Part shown: positions 1-10,930 of the stretch, piece after piece
Layout of the letters: every line of letters begins with the position of its first letter
Numbering within the stretch: the stretch's first letter is position 1
Origin: a virus
Virus record (IMG/VR): IMGVR_UViG_3300012953_000019
Coordinates: 52,287-116,286 of that record
Length of the DNA stretch: 64,000 bases
Strand: one strand, 5' to 3'
The notes under the pieces: generated by a model
Databases searched by the model: none
What the model was told of the DNA's origin: nothing
What the model saw: the letters and a program-made list of their open reading frames with translations, nothing else
Program-made: the position numbers and the translations under genes

Positions 1-38
1 TTATGTCGCATCTGAAGTAAGAAGCATTGCGTAAGTGT

Positions 39-46
39 TATAAATA
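39..46 (+). promoter_or_regulatory. T4-type (gp55-dependent) late promoter
   Basis: Exact TATAAATA in intergenic DNA upstream of a structural gene. Confidence 0.8.
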
Positions 47-85
47 GAATTGTAAAATGTTCGTAAAAACCCATAGGAGATAAAA

Positions 86-538
86 ATGGACAGCAAGTTA
101 AAACTAAACGCTACAGGCAAGTTGCACGTAGCACTTTATGGACCGGATGGTTCTTTGAAAGAAGAGCGTTCGGTTACCAACGTGGTAGTAGACGATGGTC
201 TAGACCACATCGCAAGTAGATTAGGGGCATCCTCTGCACCAACTGCAATGTCACACATGGCAATTGGATCAAGCAGTACTGCCGCAGCCGCCGCGGACTC
301 ATCACTTGGAACAGAACTAGGTAGAGTTGCACTAACATCTACGACTGTTACTAATTCATCCGTACAGTACATTGGAGATTTTCCAGCTGGTACTGGTACA
401 GGTGCAGTAGTTGAAGCCGGTGTATTAAATGCATCAAGTGGTGGAACATTATTGTGCCGAACTGTTTTTGCAGTGGTTAACAAAGGTGCCGCGGATACGT
501 TGAAGATTACTTGGACCGTAACTGTAGCTGATTCTTAA
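86..538 (+). CDS. Putative virion structural protein (baseplate/fibre-associated)
   Basis: 150 aa Ala/Ser/Thr/Gly-rich ORF, SD GGAG, lies between a late promoter and the gp8-like gene. Confidence 0.6.
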   Translation: MDSKLKLNATGKLHVALYGPDGSLKEERSVTNVVVDDGLDHIASRLGASSAPTAMSHMAIGSSSTAAAAADSSLGTELGRVALTSTTVTNSSVQYIGDFPAGTGTGAVVEAGVLNASSGGTLLCRTVFAVVNKGAADTLKITWTVTVADS

Positions 539-558
539 TATAGTTTAGGTATCTAATA

Positions 559-2184
559 GTGACTTTACTACTTACAAATCAGGCTAGAGTACAGAACGCC
601 AGATCATTCTACAGGGATGTATTCAATAATAAGGACTACTTTTATTTTTATGCAAGTAGACCCTTACCTTGGACAGATGATCTGGTGCCAACTACTCCTG
701 AAGATGCCCAGTCGCAACTTTCTGATGTTAGACGAGATACTCTTTTTGTAAAAAGAGTCCAGGGAGCAGATTGCTGTCTTCTTGCCACACGCAGAGATTG
801 GGTAAGTGGTACGGTTTATGATCAGTATGATGACTCTTATACAGCATCAAATACTGCAACCAGTGGTGCCACATCTTTAGCCACATCATTGTTTTATGTG
901 ATGACAAGTGATTTCAATGTATATAAATGTATTGAAAATAATAATGGTGCTCAAAGTACTAGAAAACCAACCAGCACAGGCGCAGAAGTTTTTGAGTTAA
1001 ATGACGGATACAAATGGAAATTTATGTATCAAGTTGCTGTTGCAGATAGAGGTAAGTTTTTAACGGATGATTATATTCCTGTAAGAAAGGCTTCTGGTTC
1101 TGGTCAACCAGCATTTGATGTGAATGGAGAAATTGATACTTTAACCATAACTGCTGGTGGTTCTGGATATACTAGTGCGCCCATTGTTACTATTGAAGGT
1201 GATGGAACAGGAGCATCTGCAACTGCTACATTATCTGGTGGAGCAGTATCGGCAATTACTTTAGATACAGAAGGAATGGGATATTCATTCGCTTTTGTTA
1301 AGTTTACTGGCGGTGGGGGCACTGGTGCTACCGCTACAGCTACTTTAGGATCAACAGAGACAGATACACTACAGTCAAACGTTGAATCACAAGCAGTTGC
1401 AGGAACCCTTGATCGCATTATCGTTACTGCTGCCGGGGTAGATTATACTTCTGGAGATGCACTAATTAGTATTATAGGTGATGGAACAGGCGCAACTGCT
1501 ACTCCAACTATTAATGCGAGAGGAGAAATTACCGGAATTACCGTAGTATCACCAGGAACAGGATACTCTTTTGCTGATATTACAGTAACACAAACTTTGG
1601 GTACTGGTAGTGGAGCAACATTCCGTGCAGTGAGTTCTCCTATTAATGGGCACGGATCTCACGCACAAAAAGAATTGTTTGCAAAAAATGTTGGCGTAAA
1701 TGTATCGTTCTCAAATGACAATGATGATATTATTGTTGGAGATCCACTCTCATCACCACCTGCAGGTCAAGATTTTAGACAGATAGGTATTATAAAAAAT
1801 ATTACACAGTATGGAAGTAGCACATTGTTTACCAATACAACTGCAACTCCATGTTTTATAATTTCAGTATCAAACACAGGCGAGTATAGTTTAGACGATG
1901 TTATAACATCATCCGACGGTGGAAAATTTATTGTAATACAAAAAGTAGATTCTGACAACAACGCCGCATACGATCAAATATACTTACAACGAATATATGG
2001 CAATATAACTGCTTCATCAACATTAACAAATGCAACAACATCAACTGGAAATTTGAGTATAAATAGTATTACAAATCCAGAGATTAATGTATTTTCAGGA
2101 GATATTCTTTACGTTGACAATAGACGACCTGTTGTCAGAGATGTTGATCAAACAGAAACTATTAAAGTCGTATTTAAATTTTAG
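559..2184 (+). CDS. gp8: Baseplate wedge subunit, T4 gp8-like, with inserted GSGY/GDGTGA repeat domains
   Basis: YKCIENNNG, YKWKFMY, DFRQIGII, GDILYVDNR motifs typical of marine T4-like gp8. Confidence 0.8.
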   Translation: MTLLLTNQARVQNARSFYRDVFNNKDYFYFYASRPLPWTDDLVPTTPEDAQSQLSDVRRDTLFVKRVQGADCCLLATRRDWVSGTVYDQYDDSYTASNTATSGATSLATSLFYVMTSDFNVYKCIENNNGAQSTRKPTSTGAEVFELNDGYKWKFMYQVAVADRGKFLTDDYIPVRKASGSGQPAFDVNGEIDTLTITAGGSGYTSAPIVTIEGDGTGASATATLSGGAVSAITLDTEGMGYSFAFVKFTGGGGTGATATATLGSTETDTLQSNVESQAVAGTLDRIIVTAAGVDYTSGDALISIIGDGTGATATPTINARGEITGITVVSPGTGYSFADITVTQTLGTGSGATFRAVSSPINGHGSHAQKELFAKNVGVNVSFSNDNDDIIVGDPLSSPPAGQDFRQIGIIKNITQYGSSTLFTNTTATPCFIISVSNTGEYSLDDVITSSDGGKFIVIQKVDSDNNAAYDQIYLQRIYGNITASSTLTNATTSTGNLSINSITNPEINVFSGDILYVDNRRPVVRDVDQTETIKVVFKF

Positions 2185-2193
2185 GACAAAGAA

Positions 2194-5100
2194 ATGGCAC
2201 TAGACCTTAACGTATCACCATATTATGACGATTTTGATGCATCAAAACAGTTTGAAAAAGTTCTTTTCAAACCTGGTGTAGCCGTACAGGCGCGAGAATT
2301 AACTCAACTTCAGTCATATCTTTCTAACGCTATCAACAATTCTGCTAGGTTTGCTCTTTCAGATGGTCAAAGAGTATTTGGTGGTGAGTCCACAATTTTA
2401 CGTAAACCATATATTAAAATCAATGATGTTGACGCTTCTGGCACTACCGTTGTAGATGCTGATCTATCAACATATGTAGGAGATACGATTACAGGATCAG
2501 TTACTGGAATCACAGCAAAAATTTTATCATCGCAAACTGGTACTGACTCTGATAATAGAGATAAGAAAACTTTTTACCTAGCTTATACTGGTGGTAATCC
2601 TACTGGCGCTGGATCTGAGGGTAGTTCGATTCACTTTGACACAGGAGAAACTCTCACTGTATCATCAACTGTAACTGCTAGAAATGGTAAGACATTTGTA
2701 GTTGATAATACAGTAAGTAATACTGACGTATCTTTAAACTATTATGGGTATGGATTGTTTTTCGTAATTGCAGATGGTGTATTTTTTGCAAAAAAACAAT
2801 TTGTAACTCACAACAGACAAGAAATTTTATTAGACAAATATAAAACTAATGGAAGTTTTTACGTAGGTCTTAAAGTAACTGAATCTGTAGTAAATTCTGA
2901 TTCTGATGCATCTCTACTTGATCCTTCATCTGGTTCATTTAATTACAACGCACCGGGTGCAGATAGATATAAAGTCACAACGACACTTTCTAAGAAATCA
3001 CTTACAGTCGATAACAATTTCCAGTTAGAAGCCGACGAAGATTTCGTTGCGGTTGACAAAATTATAGATGGTAGTTATTATCAAAAACTTCCAGACGATG
3101 CTGGCGCTCTTGCTGAATTGGGTAGAATTCTTGCTGAAAGAACGCATGAAGAATCTGGTAACTACATGGTTCATCCATTTACTTTGCAGGTTCAAGAGCA
3201 TCTTAAAACTTCTTTTAACAAGGGTAGATTTGCGCCTGACGATCCTGACAGACCAGGAAACTCGCAAAAATTAGCGTGTATTATTGGTAATGGTACTGCA
3301 TATGTTGGTGGATATAGATATAATTTTCAAACTCCAACAGTAGTAGATATTGATAAAGCAACAACGACCGCAATTCAAGAAGGACAAACAATATCGACAG
3401 GATACGGAAACTATTTCATTGTAGATGAATTTGTCGGTGCTTGGAATATTAAAGATGGAGATACAGTAACACTTTATGACACCGCAAAAAATGCGGCATC
3501 TGGTGGTGGTTATGGTTCTACAGCCGCACCAACATCTAGTAATATTGTTGGTCAAGCAAAAATTAAAAATCTATATTACGAATCTGGTACTATTGGCACA
3601 TCAACTTGTAAGTATAGAATATACTTGTATGATATTTCCATAACAAAAGGTAAACTTGAAGACGCTGAAGGAATATACTATTCAAATAGTACTGATAGTG
3701 GATTTGCTGATATAGTTCTTGAGGGTAGTCCTGCAATTGCAAAAATTAAAGAACAAACACAAAACAAATTAATCTTTAGGGCTCCATACTCAAATGCAAA
3801 AACTCTTGCGGCAGCCGGTGGTGGTAGCTATGATACGCAATATTACTATCAAGAAGAATTTGATGTAACTTTTGCTTCTGATGGTACTACAACCATAAGC
3901 ACTACAGGAACATCTCAATTCCCATATTCAGGAAGTGTTACCCAAACAATCATCGATCAAAATTTCATATTGGTAGCAACTCAGGCTGCAACTATTAATA
4001 GCACTGCAACCCAAGAAGGAAGAGTAATTCCACTAACTCCTTCTATGATTACAAGTGCTAGTACTGGTGCAATCAGTTTCGATTTAGGAACTGTTAGTGG
4101 AGCATTTACGGCAAAAATGTTTGTAAAGGTCGTTAATGTTGATGCTCAACCAACACCAAAAATTTTAGTATCTAATGTTTATGTTAAAATCGATACTGCT
4201 ACAAATTTTGGTGGAGCAAACGGTCCATGGGATTTAGGAATATCTGATGTTTTCCAAATAGATGAAGTTTATGTGGGTTCAACTTATTCAGAAGCAACAA
4301 ATAATGTACAAGCCAATTTTGTTTTAGATACTGGTCAAACAGACAATGTTTATGGTCACGGTAAATTAGTTAAGAGTGATACAAAACCAATTTCTACTAC
4401 CAATAAAAAAATAGTTGTAAAATTAAAATGTTTCACACCAAACTATGCGGCTACTGGTGGCACTTATTTTGCAATTGATTCATATCCCGTAGACGATACA
4501 GGAAATACTGGTATTTTTTCATATCAGATGCCTACATATAAATCAATAAAAACAGGACCTTATAGATTACAAGACTGTATTGACTTTAGACCTTATGTTG
4601 TTAATACTGCGGTTACATCAACAGCAACTTTGGCTGCCGCAACTGAAAATCCAACCAGAAGTAATACTATTAATCCTCCTTCTGACGGACTACAACACCC
4701 ATCACCCATAAACAATTTTACAACTGATGTAGAATTTTATCTTGCTAGACAAGATGTAGTAACGATTACACCTACAGGAAAATTTAATGTAATTAAAGGT
4801 GTTCCTTCTCTTAATCCTCAAGTGCCTATAATTCCGGAATCAGAAGGAATGTCAATTGCAGGTATAGGTATTCCTCCATATCCTAGTGTATCTCCATTTC
4901 TCGGAGCTGTTACAGGACATCCAAATGTAGTAGGTAGAAAGCTGACGTTAGCTCGTAGATATTCTATGGCGGACATTAAGAGAATCGAAACAAGAATTGG
5001 TCGATTAGAATACTACACTGCACTTTCTCTCATGGAGCAAGAACAACAAAACATGAACATAGAAGATGCAGATGGAAATACTAGATTTAAAAATGGTATT

Positions 5101-8100
5101 TTTATTAATACCTTTTCGGATCATTCTCTTAGTGATGTAGGAGATCCTGGATTTAAATGTGGTATTGATCCTATATTCAGAAGAGTTGGTCCTGCAAGAG
5201 ATCAAACCCATATTGGATTACAACTGAATTCTACTACTTCTACTGGAATACAACAATCAGCCGAAATTGTTACTCTTCCTTTTACAAAGACAGTATTTTC
5301 AGAAAACAGATTTTCCTCTAAACCAAGAAATTGTGTAGGCGAGTTATTGTTTGATTGGGCAGGAGATTTAGATATTTCGCCTAGAGGCTCTAATTCTGAA
5401 TTGCCACAAGATGCTGGAACTAGATATGTTGATGACAATAGCCTTAATACATTTGGTCAGATGTTAGCAGATGATATTAACAAGGCTCAAATTATAGCAG
5501 ACTATGATATATCATTTACAGGGACAGAAAACGACCCAGTAGTACAGCCATTTGAAAAGATCATACCAGAAAACGAAAAAATCACCGGTCTACATCCCAA
5601 CGGTGGAACCGAGATGTTTCCGCCAGTGGGCATGTCAACAAACGGTGTTTATCAGGAATCCAACACCAGCACTACCATTAATGCTTCGGGGACCGATCAA
5701 AGTGGTCGTCTTGTGGTAGATGTTGATACCAAGGGTACTGTGTCTATGGATGCATATATTGGAGCAGACACAACTACTACTACAAGTGCAAAACTTATAG
5801 GTGAAACAAAATCAAATAGTACTACCATGACGGCTACTGCAACTAAACAAATGCTTACGGCATCCTCGTCAGTTCATGGTATTCAACAAGTAGACGTAGG
5901 TAAAAAATTAATATCGGCTACTTTAGATATGTATATGAGAGAAAAACTGCTCTTCTTTATAGGACAAAGATTAAAACCCAACACTAGAATGTATGGTTTC
6001 TTTGACGGAGAAAAACTAGTTGGTAGTGAATTGTGGTCAATAAGAGATGGCAATACGACTATTGGTGGAGTTACAAAATCTTATATTAAACACGTGGTTG
6101 ATTATAAAAATAATGCAAGCACTCCTAATGATTCTCAAAATTGGTTTGACTATGCTTGGAACATTGGTTCTTTTGGCGGCACTGTACAATCTGGTCATAT
6201 TTCACATGGTAATGTAAAATCAAATGCTGATGGACTTATAGCTGGATTTTTCGAGCTGAGACCAGGAAGATTTCTTGTTGGTGAAAGAATTTTAAGATTT
6301 ACCGATGATGTTAGAGATCGTGCTGAATTTGTAACTACTTCTTGTGAAGCGCCATTCAGTTCCAATGGTATTACTACACAAGCACAAAACACCATTATAT
6401 CTACTGCTGTACCAAAAATTCATTTGGGTAAGACCGCTCCCGCAACTGAACAGGTAGGTGAATGGACACACGTTACTAGTGTTTCTACTACAATTAAAGA
6501 ATTCGATGTTAGTGTGGAAGTAACGACTGATCCCAAACTGCATATTAATCTTGAGAATGATGTTACCACTCACGTTGAAGTATCTGGAGGATTTGATCCT
6601 ATTGCACAAACTTTCTTTGTATCAGAGCCAGACGGTGTTTTTGCTACAGAAGTTAAAGTATTCTTTAGAACAAAATCTGCTACTGAAGGTATTACGTGTC
6701 AAATTAGAGAAGTTATGAATGGATACCCATCAAGAAGCATTTTACCTTATGGTGAAGTCTTTCTCTCGCCATCTGAAGTTGTAACAACTGTAGAAGAAAA
6801 TGATGGAACATTAAGATTCTCACCAGTTGGTCAAGAAGATCAGCCATATGTTACAACGTTTACATTCCCTGCACCAGTTCAACTTAAAGGTGCAACAGAG
6901 TATTGTTTTGTTCTTCTACCAGCTGGTAATAGTCCTGACTATCAAGTTTGGGTTTCTCAACTTGGAGAAAATAGAGTTGGAGTAGGAGTACAAAATCAAC
7001 GTATCTTTGCAGAAGATACAAATATTGGAGGTATGTTATTTACATCATCTAACAATAGAACTTGGAATGCTCACCAAGATGAAGATATGACTTATCAAAT
7101 AACAAAAGCACAATTTGCCACATCTGATGGTACAGTAATGCTTGAAAATCAAAACATTGATTATATGGTAACTACTGATTACACTTCTGGAAGACCAGAA
7201 ACAAACTCTAGAATTACGGGAGTTGATGCCACTTTGGCAAATGGTGGTTCTGGTCACGTAGCGGGTGATATTATTACTATGGCAGATGTTGTTGATGATG
7301 ATGGTAATGTCTTGACTGGTATGAAAATAAAAGTTTTAGCTCCAGCATCTGCAGGAACAATTACATCTTTTGAAATTACTGATCCTGGTACTCCTGCTGT
7401 AGGATTTAATAAAGTATCTTTAGGAACAATTAATCAATCTAGTACAACTGGTACAGGAACAGGAGCATCTATTAGTGCTAATCTGGTAACGGGTCAATTG
7501 AAGTTTATTGATGCCCAAAAGGAGAAAATGGAAGTTAATGTTACTAATGGTTTCTTTAGAAATCAAACTACCGGTGCTTTAATTACTCCACTAAAAGCTA
7601 TTAAAAACCCGAACACTGGTGATCTTACACAGACCATATTTACTGTTACTGATCTTGAAGATAGAAAATATAATCAAGTTAGAACAACGATGAATCTTGT
7701 TGAAAATGATGGTAAAATTGGCTTTGAATATGCACCAACAAAATCAGCAAATGTAAATTCTGCCGGCACAACATATGAACCCCTATCATTAGATACTAGA
7801 AAAGTTACTGATAATGAGAAGTCTGTTCGGTCGTATTCTAATGAAGGATACACTCTAAGTGGTGCAGATACCAAATCTCTACATAAAAGAATTAGTCTAA
7901 ATTCAGGTAGTAATCCAGACTTATCACCAGTCCTCGAAGTTACTGCATTAGGACTATTAACTAGTTCTAATCTAATTAACAATGATAGTACAAATGAAAC
8001 TTTACCAGCATCTGGTAATGCACTATCAAGATTCATTAATTCACCTGTGCAACTTGCAGACGGAATGGAAGCCCAAGATATTCTTGTTCAATGTGCCCTA

Positions 8101-8820
8101 TTGCAACCACCTGGATCTAGTATCGAAGTTTATGGTAAATTCCAAGCTGCCGCAGATTTTGATGCAGATTTCAATAATGATTTGCCTTGGATAAAACTAG
8201 ACAGAGATGATAATCATTCACCTTATGGAAATTCTGCGTCTGAAACTGCATTTACAGATTTTGGATTTAAAATTCCTGATGCAAATCTGGTAAACGGATC
8301 ATTTGCATATACAACTGATAGAGTAACAGAACTGACTCTCACACAAGCTGGAGCAGGATATACATCTGCACCAGAATTATCTTTTAGTACTGGCGAGGCA
8401 ACTGCGATTGCATTATTATCTGGTAATACTGTTGGTTCAATACAATTAACAAATCCAGGAAGAGATTATGCGGGTGTAACTCCAACAGTTACAGTAGGAA
8501 CGCAATACGCAAATTCAACATCATATGCTACTGGACAACAAGTTGCAACTGCCGCTGGAAATCTATATACTGTACAAACTGGTGGCACTAGCGCGGCTAG
8601 TGGAACTGGTCCATCTGGAACTCAAGCATCGCCACCCGTTCAAGAAACTGATGGAACTGCCGTATTTGTATATGTAGGACCAGCCGCTCAAGTAACAGCA
8701 ACAGTAAGCACAGTAACTTTTGATGAATATAAAAAGTTTGCTACTAAACTAGTATTCTTGGCTTCTAATACGTCAAACATACCGTATGCAAAACAACTAC
8801 GTGTAATAAACGTAACTTAA
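2194..8820 (+). CDS. Large virion structural protein, DUF4815-type (baseplate/fibre)
   Basis: N-terminus LNVSPYYDDFD...KVLFKPG..VQARELTQLQ characteristic of DUF4815 proteins following gp8; 2208 aa; C-terminal Y..GQQV...GNLY segment resembling a carbohydrate-binding module. Confidence 0.75.
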   Translation: MALDLNVSPYYDDFDASKQFEKVLFKPGVAVQARELTQLQSYLSNAINNSARFALSDGQRVFGGESTILRKPYIKINDVDASGTTVVDADLSTYVGDTITGSVTGITAKILSSQTGTDSDNRDKKTFYLAYTGGNPTGAGSEGSSIHFDTGETLTVSSTVTARNGKTFVVDNTVSNTDVSLNYYGYGLFFVIADGVFFAKKQFVTHNRQEILLDKYKTNGSFYVGLKVTESVVNSDSDASLLDPSSGSFNYNAPGADRYKVTTTLSKKSLTVDNNFQLEADEDFVAVDKIIDGSYYQKLPDDAGALAELGRILAERTHEESGNYMVHPFTLQVQEHLKTSFNKGRFAPDDPDRPGNSQKLACIIGNGTAYVGGYRYNFQTPTVVDIDKATTTAIQEGQTISTGYGNYFIVDEFVGAWNIKDGDTVTLYDTAKNAASGGGYGSTAAPTSSNIVGQAKIKNLYYESGTIGTSTCKYRIYLYDISITKGKLEDAEGIYYSNSTDSGFADIVLEGSPAIAKIKEQTQNKLIFRAPYSNAKTLAAAGGGSYDTQYYYQEEFDVTFASDGTTTISTTGTSQFPYSGSVTQTIIDQNFILVATQAATINSTATQEGRVIPLTPSMITSASTGAISFDLGTVSGAFTAKMFVKVVNVDAQPTPKILVSNVYVKIDTATNFGGANGPWDLGISDVFQIDEVYVGSTYSEATNNVQANFVLDTGQTDNVYGHGKLVKSDTKPISTTNKKIVVKLKCFTPNYAATGGTYFAIDSYPVDDTGNTGIFSYQMPTYKSIKTGPYRLQDCIDFRPYVVNTAVTSTATLAAATENPTRSNTINPPSDGLQHPSPINNFTTDVEFYLARQDVVTITPTGKFNVIKGVPSLNPQVPIIPESEGMSIAGIGIPPYPSVSPFLGAVTGHPNVVGRKLTLARRYSMADIKRIETRIGRLEYYTALSLMEQEQQNMNIEDADGNTRFKNGIFINTFSDHSLSDVGDPGFKCGIDPIFRRVGPARDQTHIGLQLNSTTSTGIQQSAEIVTLPFTKTVFSENRFSSKPRNCVGELLFDWAGDLDISPRGSNSELPQDAGTRYVDDNSLNTFGQMLADDINKAQIIADYDISFTGTENDPVVQPFEKIIPENEKITGLHPNGGTEMFPPVGMSTNGVYQESNTSTTINASGTDQSGRLVVDVDTKGTVSMDAYIGADTTTTTSAKLIGETKSNSTTMTATATKQMLTASSSVHGIQQVDVGKKLISATLDMYMREKLLFFIGQRLKPNTRMYGFFDGEKLVGSELWSIRDGNTTIGGVTKSYIKHVVDYKNNASTPNDSQNWFDYAWNIGSFGGTVQSGHISHGNVKSNADGLIAGFFELRPGRFLVGERILRFTDDVRDRAEFVTTSCEAPFSSNGITTQAQNTIISTAVPKIHLGKTAPATEQVGEWTHVTSVSTTIKEFDVSVEVTTDPKLHINLENDVTTHVEVSGGFDPIAQTFFVSEPDGVFATEVKVFFRTKSATEGITCQIREVMNGYPSRSILPYGEVFLSPSEVVTTVEENDGTLRFSPVGQEDQPYVTTFTFPAPVQLKGATEYCFVLLPAGNSPDYQVWVSQLGENRVGVGVQNQRIFAEDTNIGGMLFTSSNNRTWNAHQDEDMTYQITKAQFATSDGTVMLENQNIDYMVTTDYTSGRPETNSRITGVDATLANGGSGHVAGDIITMADVVDDDGNVLTGMKIKVLAPASAGTITSFEITDPGTPAVGFNKVSLGTINQSSTTGTGTGASISANLVTGQLKFIDAQKEKMEVNVTNGFFRNQTTGALITPLKAIKNPNTGDLTQTIFTVTDLEDRKYNQVRTTMNLVENDGKIGFEYAPTKSANVNSAGTTYEPLSLDTRKVTDNEKSVRSYSNEGYTLSGADTKSLHKRISLNSGSNPDLSPVLEVTALGLLTSSNLINNDSTNETLPASGNALSRFINSPVQLADGMEAQDILVQCALLQPPGSSIEVYGKFQAAADFDADFNNDLPWIKLDRDDNHSPYGNSASETAFTDFGFKIPDANLVNGSFAYTTDRVTELTLTQAGAGYTSAPELSFSTGEATAIALLSGNTVGSIQLTNPGRDYAGVTPTVTVGTQYANSTSYATGQQVATAAGNLYTVQTGGTSAASGTGPSGTQASPPVQETDGTAVFVYVGPAAQVTATVSTVTFDEYKKFATKLVFLASNTSNIPYAKQLRVINVT

Positions 8821-8831
8821 GGAGCATATAT

Positions 8832-9035
8832 ATGAGACAAGATAATTTTATTAGAGATGAGGCTTCTGGTGCAATACTTTCGACTGATGTGGTTGGGCTG
8901 AGAAACCATAAAAAACGAAGAGCGCAAATGAAGGAAAAGGACAATCAAATACTTGAAATGTCCAATGATATAAATAGTCTAAAAGATGAACTCTCAGAGA
9001 TTAAATTACTTTTAAAGTCTATAAACCAACGATAA
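8832..9035 (+). CDS. Small hypothetical protein with coiled-coil C-terminus
   Basis: 67 aa, SD GGAG, heptad-like C-terminal half. Confidence 0.65.
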   Translation: MRQDNFIRDEASGAILSTDVVGLRNHKKRRAQMKEKDNQILEMSNDINSLKDELSEIKLLLKSINQR

Positions 9036-9048
9036 ATGGGAAGAGCAA

Positions 9049-9885
9049 ATGGCCACAATCACATTAAGATCAGCTAAGGGTAGTCCCCTTACTAATACTG
9101 AGGTAGATAATAACTTTACTAACCTCAATAACGATAAGTATGAAAGTGGTGACAATATCTCCGTAGCTGCCTTAACCGCTAGTGGCGATGTCACCCTAGG
9201 AGTCGCAACTGTTACTGCCGCTGGTAGTACACAGGGAGATGCCCAAGCAATTACTAAAACTTACAATATTATTACTAGTGCTTCTGCCAATCAAGGTGTT
9301 AAATTACCTGACGCGGCAGCCGGACTAGTTATTAATGTCTACAACACATCTGGTGCAACTATTAAAGTTTATCCCGCTTCTGGTGATACTATTGATGGTG
9401 GAAGTGCTGATGCTCCTGTAGATGTTGTTACTGACAATGGCGCAGAATATGTAGGAACTTCTTCTGGCGCATGGAGAGCAGTTGGTTCTGGTGGTAATAA
9501 CGTACAAGATTTTACTGTTAATGGAACTGCAAGTCTTCTAGGAAATATTAAGTACGGAGTACAAACTGCAACTGCCGCTGGTACTACTCAGGGTGGTGGA
9601 TTAGCAATTACTGAAACAGTAGTAGTTGTAACTGCAGGTTCTACTGATAACGGAGTTGTACTTCCTACTGCGGCTGCTGGACTTACTATCATTGTTCAAA
9701 ACGCCACTACAACAGATTTTAAATTATATCCAAACACTTCAGATACCATTGATGGTGGTTCTGTTAATGCGGCAGTGACTTTGCCAGCTAAAACAACAGT
9801 TACAGTTACTTGTAAAGACTCAACTGATTGGCAAAGACATAGACCATTAGCAGTATATAATTCATCTGGTACATTGATTAACTAA
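9049..9885 (+). CDS. Tail fibre-like structural protein with a tandem ~70-aa duplication
   Basis: MATITLRSAKGSPLTNTEVDNNF fibre-type N-terminus; two repeats TAAG.TQG...LP.AAAGL...YP...DTIDGGS. Confidence 0.65.
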   Translation: MATITLRSAKGSPLTNTEVDNNFTNLNNDKYESGDNISVAALTASGDVTLGVATVTAAGSTQGDAQAITKTYNIITSASANQGVKLPDAAAGLVINVYNTSGATIKVYPASGDTIDGGSADAPVDVVTDNGAEYVGTSSGAWRAVGSGGNNVQDFTVNGTASLLGNIKYGVQTATAAGTTQGGGLAITETVVVVTAGSTDNGVVLPTAAAGLTIIVQNATTTDFKLYPNTSDTIDGGSVNAAVTLPAKTTVTVTCKDSTDWQRHRPLAVYNSSGTLIN

Positions 9886-9896
9886 GAGGATTCACA

Positions 9897-10871
9897 ATGG
9901 CTGGCCCAATTACACTAAAAGCAAGTTCGTACCCAGCATCTGCTAGTACAATTCAAGGCGTTAGGGAACTTACGACTGCTGAAATTAGAGATCATATTGC
10001 ATATGTTATTACTAATAAATTTGCAACCGATACCGATGGGACGGGCACTGCTGAATTACAAGTTATTACGGATGCTTTAGATACCGACTACACTGAAGTA
10101 GGAACTTTTACCAATAGAGAAAGAACCGAAGCAGTGGGTACTCACCCAGCTGGTGGTGGCACGACTACTACCACATATAGAATCCAACAGAAAAATGCTG
10201 TAATTTCTGAAAGTGTTACCAGACCATTAAGATGGGATGATAAAAATATCGATGAAATGACTGACGGTCTTATCGATACAGAACTCTTAGATGAAGTTAT
10301 TACTGCTATGGTAACTGAAGATGCCAATACAGTTGGTCAATATCATATTAATACATCAACACCATCTGGTGGAACTTGGGCAGTAAGAGGTACCATTACA
10401 GAAACACAAGTTGATGGAACTGATGTAGCATATAATCTGTATCAAAAAACTGCACCAACAACAGCTGCCGCTACCAATATAAACAGATTGTTAAAGAGTG
10501 ATGGCACGGGTGGTCAAGCAGAAATGACCGATGCTGAAATGGAAACTCTTAACACAGCAATGAGAAATAGAATCATTAGTACTGGTATAGGAACTTATCT
10601 ATTAAATAATGGTCAACCTTCTGCCGCCGGAACTTGGGCTCAGATGGGTTCAACAATGACCGACCAATTAAAAGATGTTACTTCACAAAACTATTCCGGA
10701 GACTATACAGGATCGTACACTGGTTACTATAACAGATTCTTTTCTGGATTTTTAAATGGTGCATATGCTGGTTCATACTCTGGTACATATACTGGAACTT
10801 ATGCTGGCAACACAGTACAATCATCTAGTTCTACACAAGAAACAAAACAGTTGTTCGTAAGAACTGCTTAA
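9897..10871 (+). CDS. Putative structural/fibre protein with C-terminal Y-x-G-x repeats
   Basis: 324 aa, Thr/Gly-rich, SD GAGGA; C-terminal YSGDYTGSYTGY...YAGSYSGTYTGTYAG. Confidence 0.6.
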   Translation: MAGPITLKASSYPASASTIQGVRELTTAEIRDHIAYVITNKFATDTDGTGTAELQVITDALDTDYTEVGTFTNRERTEAVGTHPAGGGTTTTTYRIQQKNAVISESVTRPLRWDDKNIDEMTDGLIDTELLDEVITAMVTEDANTVGQYHINTSTPSGGTWAVRGTITETQVDGTDVAYNLYQKTAPTTAAATNINRLLKSDGTGGQAEMTDAEMETLNTAMRNRIISTGIGTYLLNNGQPSAAGTWAQMGSTMTDQLKDVTSQNYSGDYTGSYTGYYNRFFSGFLNGAYAGSYSGTYTGTYAGNTVQSSSSTQETKQLFVRTA

Positions 10872-10889
10872 AGAGTCTCTTTAAAGTGA

Positions 10890-10897
10890 TATAAATA
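10890..10897 (+). promoter_or_regulatory. T4-type late promoter
   Basis: Exact TATAAATA. Confidence 0.75.
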
Positions 10898-10899
10898 AT

Positions 10900-10930
10900 A
10901 AGGCAGAGCATACCACTCTGCCTTTATTTT
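10900..10930 (+). terminator. Rho-independent terminator
   Basis: 9-bp stem AAGGCAGAG/CTCTGCCTT, 7-nt loop, followed by TATTTT. Confidence 0.7.

Noticed and set aside
2194-8820. Virulence-protein (VrlC-type) label for the DUF4815 gene
   Set aside because: Position after gp8 under a late promoter indicates a virion structural role
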